From the NCBI GenBank assembly GCA_028534125.1, contig CM052816.1, positions 64,544,001 to 64,608,000 on the forward strand: a stretch of DNA of 64,000 bases, written 5' to 3'. Below are positions 12,481 through 25,775 of this stretch, piece by piece. Position numbers and translations under genes: made by a program. The first letter of the stretch is position 1, and every line of letters starts with the position of its first letter. The stretch is from Lama glama (lineage: Eukaryota). The notes below the pieces were generated by a model. The model saw nothing but the letters and a program-made list of their open reading frames with translations, did no database searches and was not told where the DNA came from.

Positions 12481-15400
12481 TAAGATTTAAAAATTAGCAT
12501 TTACAAAGTCCGCACATGGTATCATTACAGATATCCAATTAAAAATGAACATTTTATTCATAACTATCATAAGCTATTATTTTCCCAAAGTGATCAAATG
12601 AGGCATTCCTCCCTGAAAATGTGATGATTCTATAATTTGACATATTCTACATATATTTATGTGAGCATGGAAGACTATCTCAGCAGGTCTCAGCAGGTAA
12701 CACTTTTTTTAAAGCAATTAAAGAGGCCTTCCAGATAAGCTTTCAGAATTTTTAAGACTGCCAACTAGTTCAATGGATTACCTAAAATCTTATTAGCCTC
12801 CTCATACTTAACAGGTTTCCCATAAGGAATCTCAGGTTTTTATTTTTAGAAAACCCCAAATTACATAAAAATGCTTGGTTATTCTAAAATGCCATATATA
12901 ATGTGGTTTAACTTCTCAGGACCCAAAAGCTAAAAGGTCTTAAACTATACCCAGAAAGATAGCAGAAAAATCCCAAGGGACCTCTTTCTTATATTAGTGT
13001 AAACATTTTGTAGTAAGTTTATAGCACTTCAATATTATTTTGTTTAAATCTGACTTCATTAATTTTTTAAAAGTCATAAGTAAAATTTGTAAAATTTAGG
13101 TCTGAAAGTACATATGAAAAAAAATCACAATTTAAGAAAAAAAGAAGAACCTATTGTAAATTTTGTCTATGCTTTCCACATGAACAATAAACTGTTACTT
13201 ACTGTTTATTTTTTAAAGTTTCATAGTAATATTACATGCAAACAAATTTAAAGTTTCAAAAATGCTATTCAACCAAAAAATATATGTTGGGCTATTAAAA
13301 TAATCTAGGAAGATTCGTAGTCAAAAGTTAAATAAGTTTTCTGATTCTAGACCCAAATCAAGAACGTAAGTCTTAGAAACATCTAGTATTTTACTTCCTT
13401 TCCATTACTGTGAAAATCAAACACTGAAAATAGTTATACTTTTAAAAATAAAGAAAAATACTTGAATGTTATGTAAAATCATTTATTTTCCAAACTGCAA
13501 GGAATTTTTGATCCTTAGAAAAAGTGCAGATGTAATTACAATTGCCTCCCCACCCCCAAAAGGAGATAATCATTAAAAAGAGGCCTTCAAGATAAGCTTT
13601 CGGAATTCAGATTCATACTATGTATGTAGCCCATGTAATGCGTTCACTCTGAAGAGATGAAAGAGAAGCAGTTATTTCAGGTTTTGATTGACGTGTAGGA
13701 AATCAGAATCTTGAAAGCACTTCATTCATCTAATACATTCTACAATTCTCTGTAAAGCTAAATTATCTTCAATGTATATAGTATATTGATATTGAGAATT
13801 TGAGCATTTAAGGAAATAACACAAAAAGCTAACATACGACTATGTCTGAATCATGATAGATGAGTTAAATGTGTTAAATACATATAAAAAGGGAAGGAAA
13901 ATAAAGGGGGGCGGGATACAAATTTTTGACCAAATTAAATAGGCTTTAAGATATATCACATGGAAATTCAGGTTTTAAAAAGAGTGTTTTATAATAAGGA
14001 AATTCATGACTAACTGAAAAAAATCTTCATTTTATACTGAAAGTTGCTAACTAAAGCAAGCAAATTCCAATCTGGTACATCTTTAATAAAAAAGGAATAA
14101 TATTTTCTCCTCTCAAAATTAGCAAAATTCATAGTGTGGTATATAAATCAATATAATCAAGTATTTGATTTTCACTTTGAGAATCTAACTTGAACACTTG
14201 GGGCTGTCAATAGAGAGGGAAAGAGAAACTGAAGGAATTAATTTTAAAAACAGTGGCAAATATTATTAGAATTTAGAGAACTAAAATTTTATGCAACTTG
14301 TAAAGCTTGGGCCTAGCACAAACTTTATTTTCAATTTGAAATGTAGATGATATGGCTGCTTTGATTTCTAGACCCCAGTGGTTTCATAGAAATCAAGTAG
14401 TTGTGGTCATCTATCAAAAATTGTAAGAGTCAAGGACTATACCATTATCTACCATTACTAATTTACAGAATATATGACAGTTTTAAATATAGACAATTTA
14501 GTGAAAATAGAGTACACATTTTGTGGTACATTAGTCTTCATTTTAAAATATACATATTTATTTATTAGTCCATGAAATTACTAATACCCTTCATTAATCT
14601 ATTTAATTTGGTTACCATCAGACACTACTTATCACTAATGAACAAAAACCTATTCGGATATAGAAAGAGATCACATAATCACCTAAAGAAACATGATATT
14701 CATCAGATTAACAGGAGCTATACTAGTATTTATGAATCAGATTCCTCAATATAAAAATTGGGCTTAATTTATAAGAGGCTGAGGTGTCAATAATGATCAA
14801 ACTCTTTTCTTTAAACATATCTTCAACAGTGACAGAATTTATGAAATTTGTCAAAGCAGAGCTTCTCTGGTCGAGGCAGGGGTCCAGAATACAACTTCCC
14901 TTTGCTCCCCAACCGTTTCCTAGAGGCAACCTCCTCACGCGGCTAGAGCTCTAAGGAGCGCTGTGAAAATCACTGATTCAGACTAAGTATTAGACTTCCG
15001 AAACTGCAGAATCCACCCCTAAACAAAATCAAGATCCCTGAACAAAATCAAGATCCTGTGAAGAGCAGAAGGACCATCTTTTTGCTTCTCTCCCCACCCT
15101 ATCTTTCAGGTAGTTAATTGTGTGATCCGTCACAAACTCAAGTAATCACATGTAAGACATGGTAGGATTTTTCCTGCAGCTCCATGCCCCAAGGAAGTAC
15201 AGGCCTACTTAAGTTGTGGAGATACCATCTAAGGCTGGGTCCTGACTGAAAGCTTGCTTCCAGTGTTTAGACAGGATGAGTTCTGTGAGAAATCATTTTC
15301 TCACTTTGGAGTGAGAAGTCCGTAGGACAAGACAAAGAAGTCTGAAAACCAAGCCTTCAATTCACAGGTCCTGGAGGAAGCATGCCTCGCCTGGAGAGGC

Positions 15401-17334
15401 ATTCTCAGTATTTCCTACCATGCCTTAGACCAGGAGGCCCCTGTGAAGGCGAGGAGACAGAGGCAGTCTGAGGCCAGTCACAAGCAGTGAAAGGAAAGAC
15501 AGGAAAGAAATTCCAGCAAGAGCAATTTATTTACAGCATCCCATTATTTTAGTAATTAATGTTTAAACTTTCTCTATGACAAAACTTTTCTTTGGCTAAT
15601 AACTTATAAAATTAGATGACATAAATTTTACCTTCATTCTCTACTCTGGGTTCACTGGTAGAAAGACATGCTAATAAATTGTGATTTCGCCAAAAGCAAA
15701 GACTGTAGGAGCATGACAGGATAAGGCTGGTCCCATTTTGCTTGTCAAGGTTGCAATAAAGACCATTCATTCTGCTACTTTTACCTACTTATTTCTTTTT
15801 TTCCATTGGTATTCAAAAAGACTACAGCCACAAATAGTTAAGACATGCAAAATGGTAATATTACTTTAAGATGTATCTCCAGAATTACTGTGCACATAAA
15901 AGTGGGTACTGCCTCGGCTCAAGAGTACACTGGTAATGCATATCAGTATATTTACCTGCAAAAGAATCAAATAATTAGACTTAAAAAAATGTTTATCAGT
16001 AGTAATAAATGATAGAGCTTAACATTTTTCCTATTTCTTACTATTTTATAAGCTCCCAGCATCCAGAGATGATACAATTAAGTCTAATTTAGCAATATAT
16101 CCATAACATTATTATAGTTTACTCATCAGTATTATCATTTAGGAGATGAGCACAATCATATTTATTAAGCCACATTTATGTGTATGGTACATATTCGACA
16201 TTTTTAAATTTTCTTGTTGAATTCTCAGAACAATCTTCATTTTTATAACTGAGTAAAATAAAGCTCAAAGAAAATGTTATGGATGAGGAAAGGTGTGCTT
16301 TGAATTACACCTAATTTTCACATGGAAATTTAAGAAAATGTACTAGTACAGTCACCTTCTTTGCTACAAAACCTGATGTGTCAACATCAACCACGTATAG
16401 TCAGGCTCACCCTACCTCTTTTTTTTTTTTTTCTGCCTCCCTTCAACAATCCAGCTTAAAACCATTCTGCATATACTTCCCAAGTCCTGCCTTCTCTTTG
16501 AGCCTTAGAGCAACTTAACTATCATGTGACAACAGCACCACCTATTGGCTGGCATAGAGATTGGAATAATCCAAAACAGCATCTGCCTCCTTGACTAAAG
16601 ACTAATGCACAATTTGGGCTTCTTTTTTCTTCTGCCTTTTATTATTAAACCCACTTGAAAAAATTTACAGCTGAGTTAAATCCACTTGAGAAATTATTTT
16701 CTCATACATATACATCTCTTCTCTTCTCCTCCATCTTTTCTTTTAAAAACCTGTAGAGTTACTGTATCTCTCTTGATTCCATTGCTAATGTGCGGATTAA
16801 AAGGGATTTGTGAATTATTCTGGAAACTGAATTACCATCTCTAACACAATTTCTATTGGAAAATGTGTGGAATTTAAGCAAGCTGCTTACATGCAACTTT
16901 TTGAAATTCAAGTAATTTGTAGGTGGGGAATTTGCTATATTACAAAAACATAAAACCATTAAGAATTTCACTGTAGTTTCCAAGGCAAATAAAGGAATAA
17001 AATGCTGATACATAGCAACATCGCATATATCTGCCTCCACCCTTTTTAGAGTTGATGAACATCTGCCTTGTCCTATGGAGTCTGAATCTTGCACTGCACA
17101 CAGTGAAACACTCAAATATTTGTTGATAGTAATGATGAGGTACATTGTTGTTTTGCAGCGGCTCATTAAATTTATACCAATGATACAGGAGAGAACATCA
17201 GATTCCATTATTTCAACTTTATCTCTATGATGAAAATTACCAGGATTACATCTATAACTCTAACCACTTAATGAGCTCCAATCATGAACTTCTGTTTAAA
17301 GCAGTGCTCTATTTGGATGTCCTTACTCTTCTGT

Positions 17335-17870
17335 TACGCAGAGTTCTAATCGTTCCTGTGATACATTCTTAGCATCTAGTCCCTGAATTTGTCCTATCTG
17401 CATGGTAAGCCTTATAAGTTCTCATCTGTGGAAATTTTGTGTTGAAGCAGTGGAAACATGTAAGGTAATCCCAGCAGCTAGTTCATCAATATGAAGTAAC
17501 TTGTTGCTGGTACCAATTAAGTAGCAAAGGATTTTGTCTCTTGGCCTTTATTCCATGCCTCAGTTCTGGAAAATGTTCTTGAAATCCTCATTTGAGTCCA
17601 ATTCCCACAGGCAGGGAAAGGCTGCCACTGTCCTATATATACTATAAACCATAACTGCTCTCACCTGTCTAGACAGAGCCTATTCTTGGAAAGACAGACC
17701 CGAACTTCCTTACACTGATTCTGTGGTCTACTGAAACCTGTGTGTGGTCTAATCCTGATGTCAGCTTCCCAGGTATGTGACCTCCTGTTGCCTTGCACCT
17801 GTCCAGGATTATTTTATTGGCTCCCCAGGACTTGGAAACCTATGGTCTGGCCGATTTAGTCAGTATTTGT
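17335..17870. mobile_element. Possible old LTR-class element between L2-like fragments
   Basis: GC-richer block with LTR-like character; family not recognised. Confidence 0.3.
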
Positions 17871-18299
17871 GACATCCACCTCTCCAAGCCTCAAATGCTT
17901 TTCCTTTTAAATCTCTCAAATCTTTTGACAGTACTATTATTTTACTCATTTCCTAATTCAAAAACTGCAGTTGTTTTTACAATATGAATATACTTAACAT
18001 CACATTTTGATAGTTAAGTTAGTAAATATTATTTTTACCACAATTAAAATTTTAAAAATTATTTTAAAACAACTTTAATTGATTTTATTACTGCTCCCCT
18101 CCCCAATAATGCAAAATTTCAACAAATTCATACATATATTAATGCTCCTCTAATTTATTCTTTTTATTTCATCTTCACTCCACCACCCTCACCCAGGCCC
18201 CTCTCACTTCATGCCTATATTAATAGAATAATCCCTTTAACCATAATGTATTCTGATGTCTATTCTTTATTGCTTAGAAATTTTTTCTTCAGGGAACCA

Positions 18300-18690
18300 T
18301 TCACCATTCCATTCCTTTTGATTCTGTCCACTGAATCTGTGTGGGGTTATCATCCCTCTATCTATAAGTAGGAATGTAAACTAAGTTTGGCCATAGTCTT
18401 GTATCCCTTTAGCCACAAAACTTATTTTAGGAATGGGCACATGGCTCCAGCTGGGCCAATCAGCATTTTCTTAGAAACTTTGCTAGAGCTTCGAGGAAAG
18501 ACTTTTAGGAAAGACTTTTAACCTCTGTGTCTATGAGCTATAAAGCCCATATAGACCTGGATCTGCTGAAGCCATCCGTGCTACATTGTGGAGAAATCTA
18601 CCTATGAATGAAACCAATTGGGGGGAAGACAGATTCGTGTGATAGAATATCCTGATGATTGAATCTAGTTCGATTTCTGTTCAGTTATAC
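18300..18690 (+). mobile_element. ERVL LTR16-like solo LTR
   Basis: GGAATGGGCACATGGCTCCAGCTGGGCCAATCAG and GCTGAAGCCATC motifs typical of the LTR16 group. Confidence 0.6.
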
Positions 18691-18701
18691 TTTTCAAAAT
18701 A

Positions 18702-19120
18702 TTGCATTAGGTAGGATAGGCTAAGCTGTGGTAGGAAATCGGCTCTAAAATAAAATTCAGTAGCTTAAACAATAAGCTTTCTTTCTTATGTAACAGTCCT
18801 GGGTGGATGTTCAGGTAGGTTAGTTCTTTCCACAGTTGTTTAAGCATCCAGGCTGATGGCTAATCAGCTATCATCAACACGTGACTTCCAAGGTTCCCTG
18901 AGCACTGCCATTTCATTCAGCCAGAAAGAAGAAAGAGCACTGAGACATTCATAGGGAGATTTTTACTGGCCAGGCCAGGAAGTGACTCACATCACTTTCA
19001 CTTCTAATGCACTAGAAAAAACTTAGTCATATAGCTACATCTAATTTTAAAAGGTGCTTGTAAACATAGTCCAGCTATGTGTCCAGGAGAAAGTAGATTT
19101 TAGTGGAAAGCTAATGATTG
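18702..19120 (-). mobile_element. MaLR MLT1 (old subfamily) solo LTR
   Basis: Begins TGCATTAGGTAGGATAGGCTAAGCTGTGGTA...CAGTAGCTTAAAC; GGCCAGGAAGTGACTCACATCACTTTC. Confidence 0.7.
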
Positions 19121-19210
19121 AGGCTACAAATATATTCCTGGATAAAGCCAAATCAACAAAGAAACTGAATACCAGATTATATCATATTGGCCCACAGAAA
19201 AACTGTTTTT

Positions 19211-19416
19211 TTCCCCTTTTGTATTGCATTATAGTTGACTTACAATATTATATTAGTTTCAGGTATGTAATGTAGAGATTTGTTATTTTTATAGATTTTA
19301 CTTCATATAAAGTTATTATAAAATACTTGTTATATTCCCTTTGCTGTACATTGTAACTTACTTATTTTACACCTAGCTATCTGTACCTCTTAATCTCCTT
19401 CACCTATCTTACGTTC
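19211..19416 (-). mobile_element. Short L1 3' UTR insertion
   Basis: T tract then ATAGTTGACTTACAATATT (reverse-complement L1 3' end); TSD AAAACTGTTTTT at 19199-19210 and 19417-19428. Confidence 0.8.
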
Positions 19417-20400
19417 AAAACTGTTTTTATTGAATTAAAAATCTGGTGAAACCATTACCCATATTTTAGTGCTATTATAAGAAATACTCCAGAAAAAAAA
19501 TGTATCAAATCTATCATAAGATGTTGTCAAAGACACCTGTTCATTATATTGCATAATGTCTACCTAAAAACTGTGGGAGAAAGTCACATCAGATATCAGT
19601 ATCAAGGATAATAGAAAACTAACAAATATCATTTTTCCCTTATAAGACTAGGAAAAATGAACAACACTGAGCTAGTGTTACTGAGGGTGCAGGAAGATTA
19701 ACAAGCTCTTACACTGTTGGGAATGTAAATCAGCCAGTATGAATTGTGCAACTAACTGCTTCCTTTTCGGAACTGACTATCAAGAAGCTTAGCAGGATGT
19801 CACAAGTTACCTTTAGTGGGGTTATTACATGAGAGTTTGTACTTTATTCATGGACTTTTTAAAAATGAGAAACAAATAAATAAAAGCAAAACGAGGCTAT
19901 GTTTATTTTTATAAAACAAAAATTAGTCGTCCTTCTCCAGAATAGCTGTTCGGATGACTGACCTCACAGCCACTGTGAAGTTCTGGTCAAAAGGAAGGCT
20001 GTCTCTTTTCGAGTTGGCTGCTACAAAGCTGAGAGTGGCATTTGTGGTCCAATCTCAGAAAACACACAGGCAATTACAGTTTGAATTAGAGCCTCATATC
20101 TGGCTCCACTTTTCCCTTATTCTGACTTTACTTTCACCTTTCACTGCACTTTTACGCATCCGTCTTTGTCTTTGAGTCCTCAATTCCATGCCTCTTCGGG
20201 AAGAAGGAAAAGAACGAATGTATAAGATAGTTTTCCTGTATCACAACTCTATCACTCTTCCTATACAAAACTTAGAATCCTACAGCATGTATTTTTCTGA
20301 AAGGCAAACCCCCAAATTTTTCACCTTAGTGTTTACACATTTAAAACCATATAAATATAAAAATATAGTTATATATAATAAAAGTTTATTTACATAAATG

Positions 20401-20430
20401 CACACATACATGCACACACACACACACACA
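20401..20430. repeat. (CA)n microsatellite, interrupted
   Basis: cacacatacatgcacacacacacacacaca. Confidence 0.9.
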
Positions 20431-21176
20431 AAGTGCCTAGGCCAAACACTGTACTATGTATGGGGGAAAGAGAAAGAAGGTTCAAGTTGCTCAGTCTGGT
20501 TCAATGTTTCCAGTATTTTTTCACCATGACTCATGTCAGAAAACCTAATGGCTTCACATTCCCAGAGGTATACCAAGACACATAGTATGTACAGTTCTCA
20601 GAATGATGACAATTTTGTCTCTTTGGCTATTACTGATCTGAGACATACTGGCAGTCTCAGGAGTCAGATGGTTAAGAACACAGATTGACTACAACATGGA
20701 AAGACAGGTATAAGGAGAAAATACTCTATGCTATACCACACAAGAAATAAAAGAAGAGACCCAAAATCGTGGAGTAAAAACAAATGGGAAACTTTTGATA
20801 AGAGATATTGCTGGGAGTTAGGCAAAAGAGAAAAACAGAGATTAGAAGGATCATTCCAGAAAATGGAAAATTTAAAAAACAGTTGGATTCTACACAGGGA
20901 AGATGATGAAAATATTTCTGGACATTTGAATATATGCTACTTTGTACAGTATGTCATCCTTCATACAGTATCATTAAAAAATCAGCTAATCTGTATGATA
21001 GCATTTTTAGATAAATGAAGCTAATATCTCTGAAAAGCAAAAAATTTCCAATCTGATCATTTAATGAAAATAATTTTTAAGTATTTTAGGGCTTTTTTCT
21101 GTCTTAGTAAATTAAATGCCATCCGTGTACTCACTTTCTCTTTGGATCTCAGGCTAATTGTAAGTAACTCATTGTA

Positions 21177-21378
21177 CAGTTGACCCTTGAACAAGGTTAG
21201 GGGCTAAAACCTTCTGTGTAGTCAAAACTTTATCGTCTGCCCTCCATGTACATGGTTCCTCTGTATCTGCAGATTCAATCAACCAAAGATCATGGAGCAC
21301 TGTAGTATTTACATCAGAAGAAATTCGCATATATGTGTACCTGTGCAGTTCAAACCTGTGCTGTTCAAGGGTCAACTG
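21177..21378. mobile_element. TcMar-Tigger MITE (Tigger2a-like)
   Basis: Perfect 17-bp TIR CAGTTGACCCTTGAACA / TGTTCAAGGGTCAACTG with TA on both sides. Confidence 0.92.
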
Positions 21379-21909
21379 TATACTGTACTTTAACATAAGT
21401 AGGTCTTACTGAGATTGGTTTTTGACTTATAAATGATCCCACCACATTATAGTAACTCACTTATTTCTTACTGCCAATCAGGGTTACTGCCTCTAACTAC
21501 TGTCTATCAGCTTTCCCCAATCTTCTATGTGTAGAAAATTAGGAGAAAAATTGGCAGAGAAAGGGGTACTACTGAGCTTGCTAAATCCCTAATCTGTTTT
21601 TGTACACTACACCACTCCCGCAGCTATGCTCTAAGGATAGCTGTATTCTGCATGACATTCAAAATACATACATTTTGTGATTTTTTTTTTCACATTACCT
21701 CGAAAAGATCTGTTTTGGTAAATTCCCAGGCAAGTTTTCCTGACTTTTCAGGCTGTCAAAGGCCTTCCTTGAGGACTATCCTTTGGGGTATAGTGGAGTC
21801 GAAAGAGTCAATTGGCACAGTATTCAAATTTAGATTTTTGCCATAATCTTAAAATAAGACTGCACATTCCATCATAAAGTTTTCTGTGTTAAAGTTTAGT
21901 TTAAAATAT

Positions 21910-22661
21910 ACTACTCCACCTCATACCTATTAGGATAGCTACTATTAAAAAAAAAAGCCAAAAAATAACAAGTGTTGGCAAGGATGTGGACAATTTGGAA
22001 CCCTTATGCACTGCTGGTGAGAATGTAAAACAGTACAGCTGCTATGAAAAACAGTATAGTGCTCTTCAAAAAAGTTAAAAACTGAATGATCCAGCAATTC
22101 CACTTCTGGGCATATAACCAAAAGAACTGAAAGCCATGTCTTAAAGAGATATCTGTATACCCAAGTTCATAGCAGCATTACTCACAACAGTCAAAAGGTG
22201 GAAACAACTCAAGTGTCCATTGACAGATTAATGGCTAAACAACATTTGTGATATACAGATACAATGGACTATTACTCTGCCTTAAAAACGAACGAAATTC
22301 TGGCACATGCTACATGGAAGAACCTTGATGACATTATGCTAAGTGAAATAAGCCAGTCACAGAAAGGCAAACACTGTATGATTCCACTTATATGAGGTAT
22401 CTATTTTCTATTTCTATGTCTCCTAGAAACACAGAAATAGAAAATACAGTGGTAGTTGCCAGGGGCAAATGAGGAAGAAGGGAAATGGAAAGTTGCTGTT
22501 TAATAGATACAGAGTATAGAGGGTACAGAGTTTCAGTCCTCCAAGATGAAAAGAGTTTTGGAGATTGGTTGTACAATAATATGAATGTACTTAATACTAC
22601 TAAGCTGTACACTTAAAAATGGTTAAGGTGGTAAATTTTATGTTATGTGTATTTTACCATA
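21910..22661 (+). mobile_element. L1MB-type 3' end
   Basis: AACAAGTGTTGGCAAGGATGTGGA...GATCCAGCAATTCCACTTCTGGG...ACTTAAAAATGGTTAAGGTGGTAAATTTTATGTTATGTGTATTTTACCA. Confidence 0.9.
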
Positions 22662-22666
22662 GTTAC

Positions 22667-22674
22667 TTGTGTGC

Positions 22675-22711
<37 letters not shown>

Positions 22712-22730
22712 TGTATATGTGTGTGTGTGT
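22667..22730. repeat. (TG)n microsatellite at the L1 tail
   Basis: Long TG run with a few interruptions. Confidence 0.95.
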
Positions 22731-23847
22731 AAAATTTACAGATTCTGTAATCCTGTTTTGACAATTCCTCAACTTTTGGCAATTAGGAATCAGTCCCCTC
22801 AAAGGAAGTGAATGGACACATTTAAAAGGTATGGGGCTGATCACAAAAGTAAGAACAAGTATCCTTTTCTATATATTTCATCTATAGCTTGTTCTCCAAG
22901 TGAATGATAAACTCCTTATGTATAAACACAGTGTCTTCTACTTATTTTAGATAGCCAACACTCTATGCCAGCAAACAGAAAGCAGGTAATGCTGGTTGAT
23001 GTGAGAATGTTTAGGTAGCACGCTATTCATATCTCCAAACTGTCACCATATAATTTTAAAATAAATTAGAACTGAAAGGAATGTTGGGAGATCCTAGTAG
23101 AATAGTTATCATGCCACTTCTTAAAGCTCTTAAAAACCAAGGAATGGAAACTTATTCTTTCATCATTCATTCAAAGATGTTACGCATTAGGTTAAAAAAT
23201 GTCCTCATAAAATGTGGAACTAGACAGAGGAGACAGTTGCACAATGGTGTGAATGAACTAAATAGCACTTTAAAAGATAAACTTGGGGTAAGGTCACACA
23301 ATTTAGAGAAAATGGAATTTAAATTCTGGTCTGTATGACTTCAAAGCCCGTGCATGTACCATTCTCTACTACCCTGTAGTGTCAACAAATACACAACCAA
23401 AATAGTTAAACTGCTTCATATAACTAAAAGTGGAAGTTTGTATATACTGAATACTTCTTGTCAGTAGCACAGTTAGCCATGATGGAGGATAAAAATCCAC
23501 TTCTTATTCCTTAAATAACTTTTAAGTACTTGATGAGATCCTAAATTACATGGGCTAATAACAACTTTTCCCTAGAAGTGAGTTTTTTTTAAACTTTCTT
23601 AATAAAGGAAACTCTTCATATCAAGAAAGACTGGGTTTATAAAAAAATTACTATGTCCTCTTGTGACCTATTTGTACTATTTTTAATAAAGGGTTATATG
23701 ACTATATTGACTCAAATAGTATATAATTAGAGGCTGTAACACCACACGGATGTATTTGATCTTTAAAATTGCCAAATTAAAATCCTTGCTATACGTATTA
23801 TAAAGAATACAAAATTCTGATATAAATCCGAAATGCTTAATTTTGTA

Positions 23848-23884
23848 GAGATATATATATTTATATAATATATATATATATATT
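23848..23884. repeat. (TA)n low-complexity tract
   Basis: atatatatatttatataatatatatatata. Confidence 0.85.
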
Positions 23885-25544
23885 TTTTTAATATACCTCA
23901 TCTTCCACAGAGAGATGATAGGGATGGATGGTTTTACCTTGCATATTGTGTCAAAAGCAACTTGAGAGGCCACCACAAAGTCTGAATAAGCAGACCAAAT
24001 TGTGAATGTTCTTCTGCCACCACTCCCCTCTTAAATCACCCATCTTAATCCACTCTGGCCAGACTCTGGAGTTCTTACAGTCTCATACATGATATTTTGC
24101 ACTGCCTCATTGCTTTTAGCAAAAGGATGAGTAACATGTAAATCACAAAGAATGAGAAATGACCCTTCTTCACCACAATGTCTTCAAGAAAAAAACACAA
24201 GGAAAAAAGAAGGAAAAAAAAAATCCCACAATCTATTCCAGAAACAAAACAAAACAAAACAGGAAGGATTCTTACTCAGGTGTTAGGATTAAGATCAACT
24301 TTCCTGAGACTGGGAAATAAGGTGATTAGCCCAGGGATAATGGCTTGAAGAGGGCTGTCCATGAGATAGCTCTTGAAAACACCAACTTCCCAATGAAAGT
24401 ATTAAACACTTCCATTACCCTCTATTCTCAGGAAAATTCATTTATTCAACAAGAATCTTAATTTTATAACTCTAAGGCCTCATTCTTCACTTCATATAAT
24501 AATTAAAACTGTCCATGACTTTGAAATAGTTCAAGGTACGCTATCTGATTAAACAGCATCTACATTCTAAACTCAATCTCCTTTTCAAAAAGTTTAATCT
24601 GAGGAAGCACTAACCCCAGGATACAAAAATAATTTGACAACTGAGTTATTCTGCAAGAAATGATATGAATATTTATCTGTTTTTTTTTATTTAAAATGGA
24701 TAAACAAGCAAACATATCTCCTCAGCTGAAAGCCATCCAAATGTAATTTTAAAACTCTCCAAATTGTAAAGAGAAAAAAAAGCCAATGGAATGAATTTTT
24801 AAACTTAGTTCCAGAGCATATTAGAAGTTAAAAAAAAAATTAGAACTGGGTCTTATTCAGAGACACACTTACATTTGTGATGTGAGAAAGGAATGAATTC
24901 ATTCGTCAATAATAAGGGGGCAATTTGAAGGGAAAAATATGAAAAGAAACAAGTCTATCTTGATTTTTTTTACTTCATGTTTAATAAATTGTTTTGAAAG
25001 TAAACGTTCTTTGTTCTTTTATTCCATTTTCCATGAAATAAGGACTATGAAATCATCGATAAAATGATTAGAAAGGCTTTCCTTTCACCATGGTCACAGA
25101 ATATACCCTTAAATAAATGCCATTTATGCTGACTCTAGGCAAACACAGCACCACCAAACACTCCATTTTACCCCTTTTACTTTCCCTGACCTTAATATCT
25201 CAGTAGGAAACACTACTGGGAATAGTTGGGTTGAGTTTTTTTTAGATCGTGGGTTCTCCGGCAGGTTATAATCCTACCTGACAAAGACAAGATTCTCATC
25301 ATGGTTTATACAACATGAAACATCAGAGAGAAAAAATGGTTGTTACAGCACTGAGGTTCACAGCACTAGGATGCACCTAGTGCAAACCATGCCTTGGTTC
25401 AGAAATTGCTGAGAAATCAACCCTCACCTCAAACAGTTATGGCAGTGTCTGATTTCGCAGGTCTCTACAAACAGCTGAGATTCCCTTGGATGCCTTGACA
25501 CCAGCTCAGCTGGAAAACAAATGCTGAATAAACTTAGATTCGCA

Positions 25545-25775
25545 ATTGGTTAAGAGCACATATTCTGGAGCCTGACCACATGGTTCTGCAATTTACCCCA
25601 TTATGTTCTTTAGTATTATTTAAATTCCCTGTGCCCCAGTGTCTCTATCCATAAAACAGGAAAATAAGAAAAGTATGATACTAGGATAAGTTTAGCAACT
25701 ATTTGCAAAGCACTAAGACTAGTACTTGGCACTTGGTGAGTACTACATGTATTAGCTATTACTATTATAAATTAT
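25545..25775 (+). mobile_element. MIR SINE
   Basis: TGGTTAAGAGCACATATTCTGGAGCCTGAC...CCCTGTGCCCCAGTGTCTCTATCCATAAAA...AAAGCACTAAGACTAGTACTTGGCAC. Confidence 0.8.

Noticed and set aside
15018..15058. 19-nt tandem duplication (also 13-nt at 18494-18519, 14-nt near 41578-41606, 10-nt near 12678-12698)
   Set aside because: Two-copy slippage duplications without spacers; not CRISPR-like or otherwise structured arrays.
15158..15422. 10-bp inverted repeat CATGGTAGGA / TCCTACCATG about 250 bp apart
   Set aside because: No TSD or known transposon terminus; compatible with chance.
16759..17208. 149-aa minus-strand ORF
   Set aside because: No recognisable domain, composition typical of AT-rich non-coding DNA, and no supporting splice or promoter context.
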